Assembly (NCBI GenBank): GCA_951406725.2
Contig: OX597830.1
Location: 3,162,001-3,226,000, forward strand
DNA: 64,000 nucleotides
Direction of reading: 5' to 3'
From: Octopus vulgaris
Taxonomy: Eukaryota
Each line of letters begins with the position of its first letter. Positions within the stretch are counted from its first letter, which is position 1. The position numbers and the translations under genes are program-made. The notes below the pieces were generated by a model. The model ran no database searches. It had not been told where the DNA came from and was given only the letters and a program-made list of their open reading frames with translations. Of the stretch, positions 13,281 to 24,450 are shown piece after piece.

Positions 13281-14435
13281 ATCAAGAGATGAAGCATCCT
13301 GAGAAAGAGGAAGAAATAAAAGAGGAAGAAAGATAAAAAAAATATTGTAAATTTCTGGCAATTCTTTTTGACTGATCTCTTTCCAGTCGTTTAATTATCT
13401 TCAACACCCTCCGTGATTTTTATCTTGTGAATATAGTCTGACTTTAATTGCATATATTAGTAACATTGCGTCTCTTTCTTCTCCTCTTCTTCCCTTTTTC
13501 TTCCTTCTCACCTTCTTCCCTCTCCCTCTCTTTAATATACATCTTGCTTACTTCAATAGTTATATCTTTTAATTCTTCTGTCTATAATTATTCCTTGAAT
13601 ATATTACTCTGAGCTCAACTTACGTTACTAATTACAATAGCTGTCTGACTTTAAGACGGTGAGAGAGACTTAGAGTATCTGCTCTCAGGTGTTGCTAGAA
13701 TCTCTGAACAAAAACCAAACTTTTAAAGTTTCCTCTGTTATTCCATTTTCAATGAAACCGACTCGTTACTGTCAGGTAATTGACCCCCACTTTCTCTTCA
13801 CCAGTTTCACAGATTTTCAAAATTGTCACAAGAGCCATACTTTGAAGACTTACATTTCAGTGCAGAATTTTAGTTTAAACTAATAAGCAGTCAGTCAAAC
13901 AACTAGGGAAGCATTACATAGCACTGAAGTACAGTCAACAGTAAAGTACAGCCAACAGTAAAGTACAATCAGTTGTCACCTATGAGTTTGGCTTCATAAC
14001 CTATGCCATGCTTTCACTAAATGCTTCAGGTGCCTATGAAGTCATAAATGGAAGCATCTTCTTGGCTTTTTCACCCTTGAGCCAATGGCATACCCAAGGT
14101 GTGGCAGCTGCAAGGGAAAAGAACTAAACCAGCACCCAGCTGAGCAGATTGGAACAGCATGAAATGAAAAACCTTGCTTAAGGATATGATGCACTGGTTC
14201 AGGAACTGAGCACATGATGCAATGACTCATAAAACCAATGCACTAATCACGGGGCTATGTCCTGAGACATTGGTCCCATCATTTAGTGATAAAACAATGG
14301 CAGAAAATAAAAAAAAAATTGTTAGGTTAAACTGATATAAAGGATATAATGTATGTATGCAATATATGTGTATATATGTAGGGTGTTAGTGTCTTGTGAA
14401 ATATGTGTGTCCCTGTGTGTATGTATGAATATATA

Positions 14436-14483
<48 letters not shown>

Positions 14484-14489
<6 letters not shown>

Positions 14490-14760
14490 TAATCCAAACA
14501 AGAAAACAAAAAGACAACAACGCAAGGATGTGGAACAAATAAAGTATTATTGGACGCTCAGGAAAGAAGGGAAGAAGGAGGGTTTGACATTTCGAGCGGA
14601 GCTCTTCGTCGGAAACATAGGAGAAACAAAGATCCCGAGACGGAAGGACAGAGGAAAAAAAATTGCAGGTAGTCTTTACGAGGTCACATACTAAAAAGAC
14701 GGAAGTGGTAAAAAAAGAGGAAAATGTTTTTAAAAACAAGAGAGCTGAATCAAAGAAGGA
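14484..14760 (-). mobile_element. TA-flanked Penelope-like terminal-repeat fragment with a minimal hammerhead-like motif (related copy 29030-29200)
   Basis: Starts at (TA)n, is homologous to 29030-29200, and the minus strand contains GTTT-CCGACGA-A-GAGC-TCC-GCTC-GAAA-TGTC-AAAC. Confidence 0.5.
14582..14616 (-). ncRNA. Candidate minimal type I hammerhead ribozyme (possibly decayed)
   Basis: Helix I GUUU/AAAC, core CCGACGA (U4C variant of CUGANGA), helix II GAGC/GCUC, GAAA, then UGUC (consistent with CpG-decayed CGUC). Confidence 0.5.
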
Positions 14761-14789
14761 ATGGTAAAAAAGGTGTGCAAGATGACAAG

Positions 14790-15398
14790 GGTGTGTGTGT
14801 GTGAGTGTGTGCGTGTGTGTGTATGTGTGTGTATGGTGGACAATGGCTAGTAGCAGGCAGTAGTAGAATTAAAGGAGTGGTGTGGGGGTACCCTAGCAAG
14901 TCAGAAAGGCCAGTCAGAAACAGGGAGGTATGATTGTGTGCGTGTATATGTATTGTGTGTGTGTTTTGTTGTAGTATGTGTGTGTATGTGTGCGTTTTTT
15001 TGTGTGTATGGCGAGTAACTGTGCTTAACTTAGTGTATGTGTGCATGTGTGCTTGTACGTGCGTGTGTGTGTATATATACGTATGTATAATTGTGTGCAT
15101 GTATGTATGTGTGTGCGTGTATGTATGGTTGTGTGCCATATGGGATGTATGTGTGGGTTCATTTGTGTGTGTGCGTGTGCGTGTGTATGTATGTGCGTGT
15201 AGTTGTGTGTGCGTGTATGTGTGCGTTTGTATGTCTGTGTGTGTAAGCGTAAATGGATGTATATGCATGTATCTGTGGGGTTGTGAGTTTCTTTTTGTGT
15301 GTGTGCGTGCGTATGTGTGCGCATGTTTTGGTGTGCATATGTATGTATGTGTGTGTATGTGTGTATGTGTGTATGTATGTATGTGTGTATGTGTGTAA

Positions 15399-15430
<32 letters not shown>

Positions 15431-15800
15431 ATGTATGTGTGTCTGTGTATGTATGTATGTATGTATGTATGTATGTGTATGTGTATGTATGTATGTATGT
15501 GTGCATGCATGTATGTGTGTATGTGTGTGTGTGTATGTATGTATGTATGCATGCATGTGCGTATGTATGTGTGTGTGTGTATGCATGTGTGTATGTATAT
15601 GTGTATGTGCGTATATGTGTGTGTGTATGTATGTGTGTGTGCATGTATGTGTGTGTGTCTGTATGTGTGTGTGTATGCGTGTGTGTATATATGCATGTGT
15701 GTATGTGTGTGTGTATGTGTATGTTTGTGTGTGTGTATGTATGTATGTATGAATGAAAGTATGAATGTATGTATGTATGCGTGTATGTGTGTATGTATGC

Positions 15801-15831
<31 letters not shown>

Positions 15832-15859
15832 TATGTGTGTATGTATGTATGTGTGTATG

Positions 15860-15890
<31 letters not shown>

Positions 15891-16327
15891 GTGTATGTGT
15901 GCGTGCATGCATGTATGTATGTATGTATGTACGTATGTATACACACACACACACACACACGAACGCACACACACACAACACACAAAAACACAACGCACGC
16001 ATATGGGGCCGGCCGGCCGCACCTCGGGCGCGGGCCAACGCGCACGCGCTCGGACCCACAAACACCCACACCAAAAAAACCAAACTCCATCAATCCCTCA
16101 ACTAAAAAGCATGCGCCTGGATACAAATATATGTATGTGTGCATGCGTGTAAACGTGTGCGTGTGTATGCATGTGTGTGTGCATACGTGTATGTGTGCAT
16201 GTGTGTGTGTGTGCATGTATGTATGTAAGTATGTATGTACGTATGTGTGTGTGTGTATGTGTGTATGTATATGTGTATGTGCGTATGTGTGTGTATGTGT
16301 GTATGTATGTATGTGTGTGTGTATGTA

Positions 16328-16362
<35 letters not shown>

Positions 16363-16460
16363 ATGTATGTATGTATGTATGTATGTGCGTATGTATGTAT
16401 GTGTGTGTGTGTGTGTATATATATATATGAATATATATATATTACATATATACATATATG
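14790..16460. repeat. Long compound (TG)/(TATG) microsatellite with an internal opposite-orientation (CA) segment
   Basis: Direct reading. It produces the spurious His/Thr- and Cys/Val-rich ORFs. Confidence 0.9.
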
Positions 16461-16982
16461 AAAGAATATATGTATGTACTGTATATAAAGAAGTCAGGAA
16501 TAATTATTAAAAAATACTTAAACTCTGAGATGTGTCTGTGTACACTTATTCACAAGATGGAACATCTGAAGAGTGTTAAACCTGAAGACCATCTATTTTT
16601 GTTGGCAGAGATTTTTCCTTATTTCTCTTGGATAAGTGAAATAAGCAGACAAATATGGAATAACAACACTTTACAGGATGTTCTGCAAACATGTTCTAGT
16701 ATGAGGCTGTGAACCCCGGTAAGGGTTATACAGGCAAAAAGCTTCAGCACAGTTTCCATTTAACTAATTCCACACACATGGAATTGATCAAAGGATTGAT
16801 AATAACACCTATTCTTGCATAATTTATCAAGGAATGTAAACGAAAATAGTCCCAATTGATGAATTAAGCATGAGACCAATCAGTGTGTGACCATCTGAAA
16901 CCTGTGATGGTGCTGTCCAGAAGGAATGGAACCTAATGGTCGACTGAAGCTAAAAAGAATATGCTTTGAGGTGTTTAATATT

Positions 16983-17142
16983 AGGAGCAGTTGGGTGAGA
17001 TAAGAAGCTTGCCTCCCAGCCACATGGTTTTGGATAAAGTTTCACAATGTGACACCTTTGGCAAGTGTCTTCCACTGTAGTCTTGGCCCACCCAAAGCTT
17101 TATGAGCAGATTTGGCAGATGGAAACTGAAAGAAGCCTGTTG

Positions 17143-17177
<35 letters not shown>

Positions 17178-17400
17178 CACTGTATTTATGTATTTCCCCC
17201 CCTTCCCTGTTTGACAACTGGTGTTGGTTTGTTAACATCCCCATGACTTAGCGGTTCAGCAAAAGAGAAAAGTGGTGAATAGAATAAATACCAAGTTTAA
17301 AAAAAAGAAAGAATTGGGGTTGATTCGTGACAAAAGTTCTTCAAGGCACTGCTCCAGCATGGCCATGGTCGAATGACTGAAGCAAGTTAAAGACAAAAGA
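16983..17400 (+). mobile_element. SINE family A, diverged full-length copy (tRNA-like head, central microsatellite)
   Basis: aagaagcttgc...ccacatgg...ggcaagtgtcttc...ggaaactgaaagaagcc...(TG)n...gctccagcatggcc...atgactgaa. Confidence 0.85.
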
Positions 17401-17952
17401 CATTTCTGTTGAGTAAATTTTTTTTAAAGTTTTATACATTTTCTAAGGAAATATGAGGCTACACTACAATACTTTAATTAATTTTTAAGGGTATTTGCTC
17501 AGGGATTCATTTAAGGATGTTTACTCAGGGAAGTTCTTCTGTCTGTTTACTCAGTAAACACAACCAGGAATAGTTTAGTTGCTATTGTTCAAAACAACAC
17601 TTTAGGATTTCATGTTAATCTTCGCACAGAACGAAACTTTTTCAACTGCTTCAATTTCTACACGTTTTTGACTCTCAGAACTAGAAGATTCTAGAAAGAA
17701 CTTTCTGAATGTGAATTGCTTACTTCTAATTGTGCAATTAAGAAATGAATGGTTTGACTATAGACATTAAGAAACAACAAAAGTGCTTTATCTTTATACA
17801 TTTGTCTTTATACATATGTCTCAGAAAGAGAAAAATATCAGCTGTATAATCTTTCATAGTAATGGAAATGAAAATACAGACAGACAAAGGAAATCAGGGG
17901 GAAAAATATTGTTTAATTTGTCCCTTAAACAATAAGTTGAAGGATTAATCAT

Positions 17953-18510
17953 TTAGAATGTGTTGAGAAAGTTGGTTTCCTTGTCTTCCATGTATAACAT
18001 GATATAAACTTTCCCTTTCACCTGTAGAAATGAAAGAAGATGGTTGTCATATCTCTAAGTACCACAAACAGCAATAACACACCATCAATCAGGATTAGCT
18101 TATACTTTTATTACCTGCCAATTAACATGTTTATAATTGCTTTACATAAACAGAGTGATTAGCACTGACGGATGTATTCTTAAGAGGATTAGAAAAAATG
18201 AAATTTAGAAATCTTGAAATCTTAGCAGCAGAGAAACAAAAAATTTTCTTTTAAGATGGCTGCCATCTGTCAACTTTTGTGTTGTTGACATTCAATATGG
18301 GAAAATATATAAGACTATGACAGGAAGGATTTTCAAGGCCTTTTAGTTTCTGTTGGACGAAAACAAAGTGGAAGTAATTTATATTTCGTTAGTTGAACTA
18401 TTTTTTATCTAAATTGATATTAAATATTGCAATCCATCATACTACAGCTGTGTCTTCAGGGAACACCATCAGCATCTCGTTAACTGCTTGGGTAATAATT
18501 GATTTGTCAT
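17953..18510 (-). CDS. Weak candidate for the last two coding exons of a host gene (18510-18443 and 18021-17953)
   Basis: Acceptors ttttcgtttttacttcag and cttctttcatttctacag, donor gtatga. The phase-0 join gives (x)DKSIITQAVNEMLMVFPEDTAV/VKGKVYIMLYMEDKETNFLNTF*. No homology recognised. Confidence 0.25.
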
Positions 18511-18604
18511 CTGAAGTAAAAACGAAAAATGTAATACATTCTCTTCTTTGAAATTTTGGTGTTGCTCAAATCATTCTATTTGAGATGCATTTGGGGAAAA
18601 ATAT

Positions 18605-19442
18605 TAGCTGCAGAATTTGGCACAAGGCCAGTCATTTGGTCGGGAGGAAGTAGATCAATGACACTGACCCTAATATTCAGCTGGTATTTTTTTATTGACC
18701 TCAAAAGGATAAAAGGCAAGGTCAACCTCGGTGGAATTTGAACTCAGAACACAGACGAAATGCTGGCTAAATACTTTGTCTTGTCTTTTATTTGTTTCAG
18801 TCATTTGACTGTGGTCATGCTGGAGCACTGCCTTCGGTTGAACAAATTGATCCCCAGGACTTACTCTTTGTAAGCCTAGTACTTATTCTATCGGTCTTTT
18901 TTACCAAACTGCTGGGGGTTACGGGAACATGAACATGCCAACATCGGTTGTTAAGCGATGCTGGGGTGGGAAAACACATACACGCACACACACACACACA
19001 CACACATATATATGGCGGGCTTCTTTCAGTTTCTTATTTCTTTATTGCCCACAAGGGTGGAGGAGGGAAGCATGGATGCCTCCTTCCTCCCACCTTCCCT
19101 CCTACCAATCTTGGAGGCTCTGTAAAACAATCAAGGAAACTGCCTTCCGCTCTGGCAAAAAGATTAACAAAACAGAGTAGTGTGTACATTCGCATATGTA
19201 TATATTTATGTATATCTATCTATCTATCTCTCTATCTATTTATTGCCCACAAGGGGCTTCTTTCAGTTTCTGTCTACCAAATCCACTCACAAGGCTTTGG
19301 TCAGCCGAGGCTATAGTAGAAGACACTTGCCCAAAGTGTCATACAGTGGGACTGAACCTGGACCCATGTGGTTGTGAAACAAGCTATTTACCACACAGCC
19401 ACTCTTGCACCTACTAACGATTCTGCCACATCACCACCTTTA
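18605..19442 (-). mobile_element. Triple nest: SINE-B (18605-18780 and 19413-19442) containing SINE-A (~18781-19412) containing a composite insert (19035-19253)
   Basis: The SINE-B body stops after gaaatgctggctaaatac and resumes at ctaacgattctgcc. SINE-A is split, with gggcttctttcagtttct duplicated. Confidence 0.8.
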
Positions 19443-20213
19443 CTTGTGGAAAAATATTAACAGTTGCTTCTGTACAAAGCTGCCAATCTGAAGGGAAGTG
19501 TTCATGGATTATCTGCACTCTGGTGATTGACTGTTACTTTACTTCATCAACCCAAGAAAGGATTTGAACTCAAGAAACAGTGAAAGACATTTCACATGGT
19601 GCTTTAGCAATTCTACCAAATACTCACATTGGAATCCAAAAATAAAATAAAATAAAATTCAAAAGTGTATTTAAAGCAATCTAAGAAATTCTCTCGAAGC
19701 ATTTGGAAAACTATATTGCAAAACTATGTTCGCATGACTGACAACAGATTTTTCTGTCACATCAGAATCTCTACTTATTAAATATTAATATAGTTGAGGC
19801 ATTTTAAAAATTCTAATGCATAATATTTGTTGCCCATACAAATTAGAAGCACATTTGCTTTGCTTTTTTTGTCTCTGCTAGAAACATTGTCCAAACTGAT
19901 AACCTTCCAAATAATAATGGCATTAGTAATAACTTGATATAATTAATGGTTTGAGGCTAATTTGTTTTGGTGTGAATCTAAAGAATGTAGGAACTCATTT
20001 GTGATACAACGCAGGATTAAGTTTAAAAGATCTGTGATTCATAACAGAAGTTATTCTTGGCATTACAAATTTCTCTTTGAGGGATTTATTAACAATAAAT
20101 TCTTTTAAATGCCAGGAAGGATGTAATAAATTCTTTATCGTTAACTGACATTTGGATTTTTTTCCACCTGTTATCCCTCATTGGTTTTCTCCATTAAATG
20201 AGTTAAGATTTTA

Positions 20214-20254
<41 letters not shown>

Positions 20255-20790
20255 CACACGCACACACACATTACACATTACACATTCACCCACCCACATA
20301 TTCTCTATCTCTCTCTTTCTCACTTTCTGCTCTTTATATTCATCTCTATCTCTCATCATCTCTGTATCTCTTATTTCTCACCATATTAGGATATTAGTCA
20401 CTATTTCCTTTACCATTGCAGTACAGACTAGAATTGTTTATCCAGATTTAACACATTGGCCAAAACTTTACTACACCAACTCATCTTGGTTTTTCAAGAG
20501 GAAATACAATATGGAATGTGATAAAACTGGCAGCCAACTGACAAATAGAACACTTGGCAGTATTTGTTCCAAATCTCTGCTGTCTGACTTCAAATCCTGC
20601 CAAGAACAGATGACAAAAATGTACCAAACTGTAATGGTGGAGGAAGAGCAAGAATGCCCAGCTGGATGCTTTTCTGTTCTTCTTCCAACTCCTCTCATCT
20701 GGCTCCAAGTAAACTTTTCCATCTGCCATCTGGTTTTACACCATTACCTGGCACTGTGGTTGATTTTAGCTGACTCCACTCAATTGCAAA

Positions 20791-20942
20791 GATGCCTCCT
20801 TCCTCCCACTTTCCCTCCTACCAATCTTGGACGCTCTGTAAAACAATCATGGAAACTGCCTTCCGCTCTGGCAAAAAGATTAACAAAACAGAGTGGTGTG
20901 TACATTTGCGTATGTATACATTTATGTATATCTATATATCTA

Positions 20943-20989
<47 letters not shown>

Positions 20990-21340
20990 ATATATATATA
21001 TATATATGTACATACATGAGTATGTATGTGTGTGTGTGTATTCATATTTATACACATATTATCATACATATGTATATTTACATGTATGTATATTTGTATT
21101 TATATATATATTTCTTTATTGCCCACAAGGGGCTAAACATAGAGGGGACAAACAAGGACAGACAAAGGGATTAAGTCGATTACATTGACCCCAGTGCGAA
21201 ACTGGTACTTTATTTATCGACCCCGAAAGGATGAAAGGCAAAGTCTACCTCGGCGGAATTTGAACTCAGAACGTAATGTCAGACGAACTACCGCTAAGCA
21301 TTTCGCTTGGCGCACTAACGTTTCTGCCAGCTCGCCACCT
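20791..21340 (-). mobile_element. Well-preserved SINE-B copy (21111-21340) followed by microsatellite and a ~135-bp unit also present at 19075-19210
   Basis: Minus strand reads ggtggcgagctggcagaaacgttag...gagttcaaattccgccgagg...gcctttcatcctttcggggtcgataaataaagtaccag...ccccttgtgggcaataaagaaa. Confidence 0.85.
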
Positions 21341-21360
21341 TATTTGTATTTATATATATA

Positions 21361-22523
21361 CTAGCAATGCACCTTGCCATTGCCCGGATGTTACGATCTA
21401 CATCCACATTGTACTATTTGTTCCTTTCTTATGAGCCCAATTGGCACACAAGGAGTATGAAGCAATCAACTCATCTTTATAAACATGTTTTTCGGTCATT
21501 TTCTGATGACCAACGATGCAGTTTCTGTCTGCCAAATTCAGTCACAAGTTTGTTGTTGGCCTAGGGCTATAGTAGAAAACACTTGCCCAAGGTGTCATCC
21601 AGTGGGACTGAACGTGGAACCATGTGGCTGGGAAGCAAATTTCTCAACCACACTCCTCGCTCCTAATATGTGTTTCCATTTGTTGCTAAATCGAGTATTG
21701 TTCCCCACTATGTCTTAAAGTTAGCAGTTCATCAAGCAGGGATCTATAAAATAAATGTCAGGTTGAAATACGTACTGATGTTAGTATGATCAATTAAATT
21801 TTTGAAGGTGATGCCCCATCATGGCAACAGTCGAAAGACTAAACCCAGTAAAATAATGTTTAAAGACTTAATGGCTTCAAATTTAAGGCAACGGATTACT
21901 GACCACAAGATAATGAGTTGAAAACTTCATATTGAGCTTACCCTCTGTATGATAACCATACATGTACCTCTCAGTCTACTTAGTTTCCAACAATTAACAC
22001 TTGTAATTTGAAGTTGAATGGTTAGCAGGAAGAAAGGTGTCCAGATTTCTTTTAAAAAAAGTATTGTGTAATTTTTTCACTACAACAATACACACACATA
22101 GGTGTCTCTGTGGTAACTTGAGCTACTACAAATGACAGCCAAAGCTCTCTTAAAACACACCCTTTCCTCAAAAGACACAGATGTTCAGTATTTCAGGAAG
22201 AAAAGAAAAAATGCATGCGATGGGTCTGCTGCATTGGAGACAACTCTGGGCTAAACAAAACACAGACATACTTCACATTAAAAGATTATCTACTGAATAA
22301 TATTAATAAAGTTGCTGGTATATCTTCAAAGTTTCATTCCCTGGTAAAATTTCATGTATTTTAAATGATTTCTCATTATCTTCTATCTAAAACATAAAGA
22401 TTGTTCAGGCAGAGTTGCCTCCCTTAGCTAAAGACCACAAAATTGTGCAATCTGACCTTGTTTTTGAATCCATAAGGAACATATGCTCACACACACAGAC
22501 AAACTCTGTTTTATTATATAAGA
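21361..22523 (-). mobile_element. Putative non-autonomous Helitron with internal SINE fragments
   Basis: Minus strand starts A|TCTTATATAATAAAA at 22523 and ends ccgggcaatggcaaggtgcattgCTAG|T at 21361 (degenerate subterminal hairpin). Pairing of the two ends is inferred. Confidence 0.55.
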
Positions 22524-22530
22524 TACGCAA

Positions 22531-22587
<57 letters not shown>

Positions 22588-22768
22588 GAGACTTATAATA
22601 AATAATGTTGTTTAAATTCTGTATGAGGTGGTCAAAATTTTAGTCGGTAGATTGTAAATCTATTTATAAATGTTTTACTTTCTCATGGCTTTATATTTTA
22701 ATTAATTTATATATATATATATGCATGTGTGTATGTATGTATGTATGTATATATATATATATATATAT

Positions 22769-22816
<48 letters not shown>

Positions 22817-24074
22817 ACATAAATGCATATATATTTGTACACACAATTATTTACATCTATTCGTGTGTGTGTGTGTGTGTGCACATGTGAATGAGTCTCT
22901 ACAAACCTGCCAATCTTCTGTATATATCTTGTAGTGGTTTCAATTATTTCTGTTCAATATGATGTAGGATATATAAAGACTGGTTGTACAAAGGCATATG
23001 TGTAAAGCATATTTTGTTGTTGCTGTTGTTGTGATAGCATGTAGCTGCTGTTTAGCCCTAGGTCAGTCTTTATCAGACTCACTTGTTGTTAATGTCATTT
23101 TGTATTGTGTAGACAATGCAGTAATTGTTTTTTTAACCCTAGGCTAGCTCTCTTTGAATAGACATCATCAAAGACGTTCCATCTATGACCATCCCATCTT
23201 TCTGTATATTTAACGCTGCATTCTACAATACACCCGTTTTATTTTTTATGAAGGTTTGTGGAAATTTGGCAGCAATTCCAAGCAAGTTTAGCAACCACAT
23301 GGAAGCTCATTCTTCTAATCTAAAGGAACCAGCAATGACTGGGATTTTCATCCTCAACTGATGTGGGTGTGTGTATGTATGCATGTGTGTGTGTGTGCAT
23401 GTGATTGTGTGTGTGTGCATGTGTGTGAATGTGTGTATATGCATGTGTGTACTGTGTGTACAATTGCCCATGTGTGTGTGTGTGTGAGTGCACATTTGTG
23501 TGTGTGTGCATGTGTATGTGTGAGTGTACGTGTGTGCATGTGTGTGTGTGTGTGTGTGTGTGTGTATGCACGTGAGTGTAGAGGTAGGTAGAAGTAGTTG
23601 TGTCGGTATGGAGGCCATGAGATGGCATTCAACAAAATTGGTTAAAAAATGTCATTTACTGACGGAAATGAAATTATGACAAGGGAAACCTCAAGAAGAA
23701 GTGGACAGATCCAATTTCAGGATGTTGGACATGTTGGAAGAGATGACGATGCCACATTAAAGGGAGGTGGTAGGGATGGTTGCAGTGGTTGGCAGTGGTG
23801 GTGTTGGTTGTGGTTGTAGTAGTCCTATTTGCACTGGTGATGCTGGTGCTGTGATCGCAAAGATGGATGTGGTGATGATGATGCCTTCACATGTAACCAA
23901 CCTGTCATTAATCTGTGTTTATAATAAGGAAAGAAGCAGCGACTCTAAAGCTTTTCACTTCATCAAAATAGTTTGGTCCCATCTCTGCAGTTTGTGATGT
24001 TCAAATCACCTGCTTTAGAGACTGGTACACACTGTCCATGGTAGGGTCCATTATACTTTGGCAAATACTCAAAG

Positions 24075-24375
24075 CAAGGTGCAGTGTTACTGTGTGGTAA
24101 GAAGTTTGCTTCTCAACCACATGGTTCTGGGTTCAGTCCCACTGTGTGGAACCTTGGGCAAATTACTTCTACTGTAGTCTCAGCTGACCAAAACTTTGTG
24201 AGTGGATTTGGTAGAGGGAAACTGAAAGAAGCCCATTGTATACATGTGCGTCTTTGTGTCTGTGTTTGTGTCCCCCACCCCTACCCCACGCCACATGACA
24301 ACTGGTGTCGGTGTGTTTCCATCCCCATAACTTAGTGGTTCAGCAAAAGAGACTGACAGAATAAATACCAGTCTT
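24075..24375 (+). mobile_element. SINE-A copy truncated at a TAA tract
   Basis: gtgtggtaagaagtttgcttctcaaccacatgg...ggttcagtcccactg...gcaaaagagactgacagaataa. Confidence 0.85.
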
Positions 24376-24395
24376 CATACAATAATAATAATAAT

Positions 24396-24450
<55 letters not shown>

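Noticed and set aside
14750-16510. Long His/Thr/Tyr- and Cys/Val/Met-rich ORFs (up to 488 aa), and similar ORFs at 12824-13361, 33319-34149, 56129-56503 and 58904-59602
   Set aside because: They are translations of TG/TATG/TATC microsatellites, which lack stop codons; there is no domain content.
20471-20790. Non-repetitive ORFs on both strands (20511-21188 +, 20471-20729 -)
   Set aside because: No recognisable motif or convincing splice sites, and the + ORF is lengthened by running into repeats.
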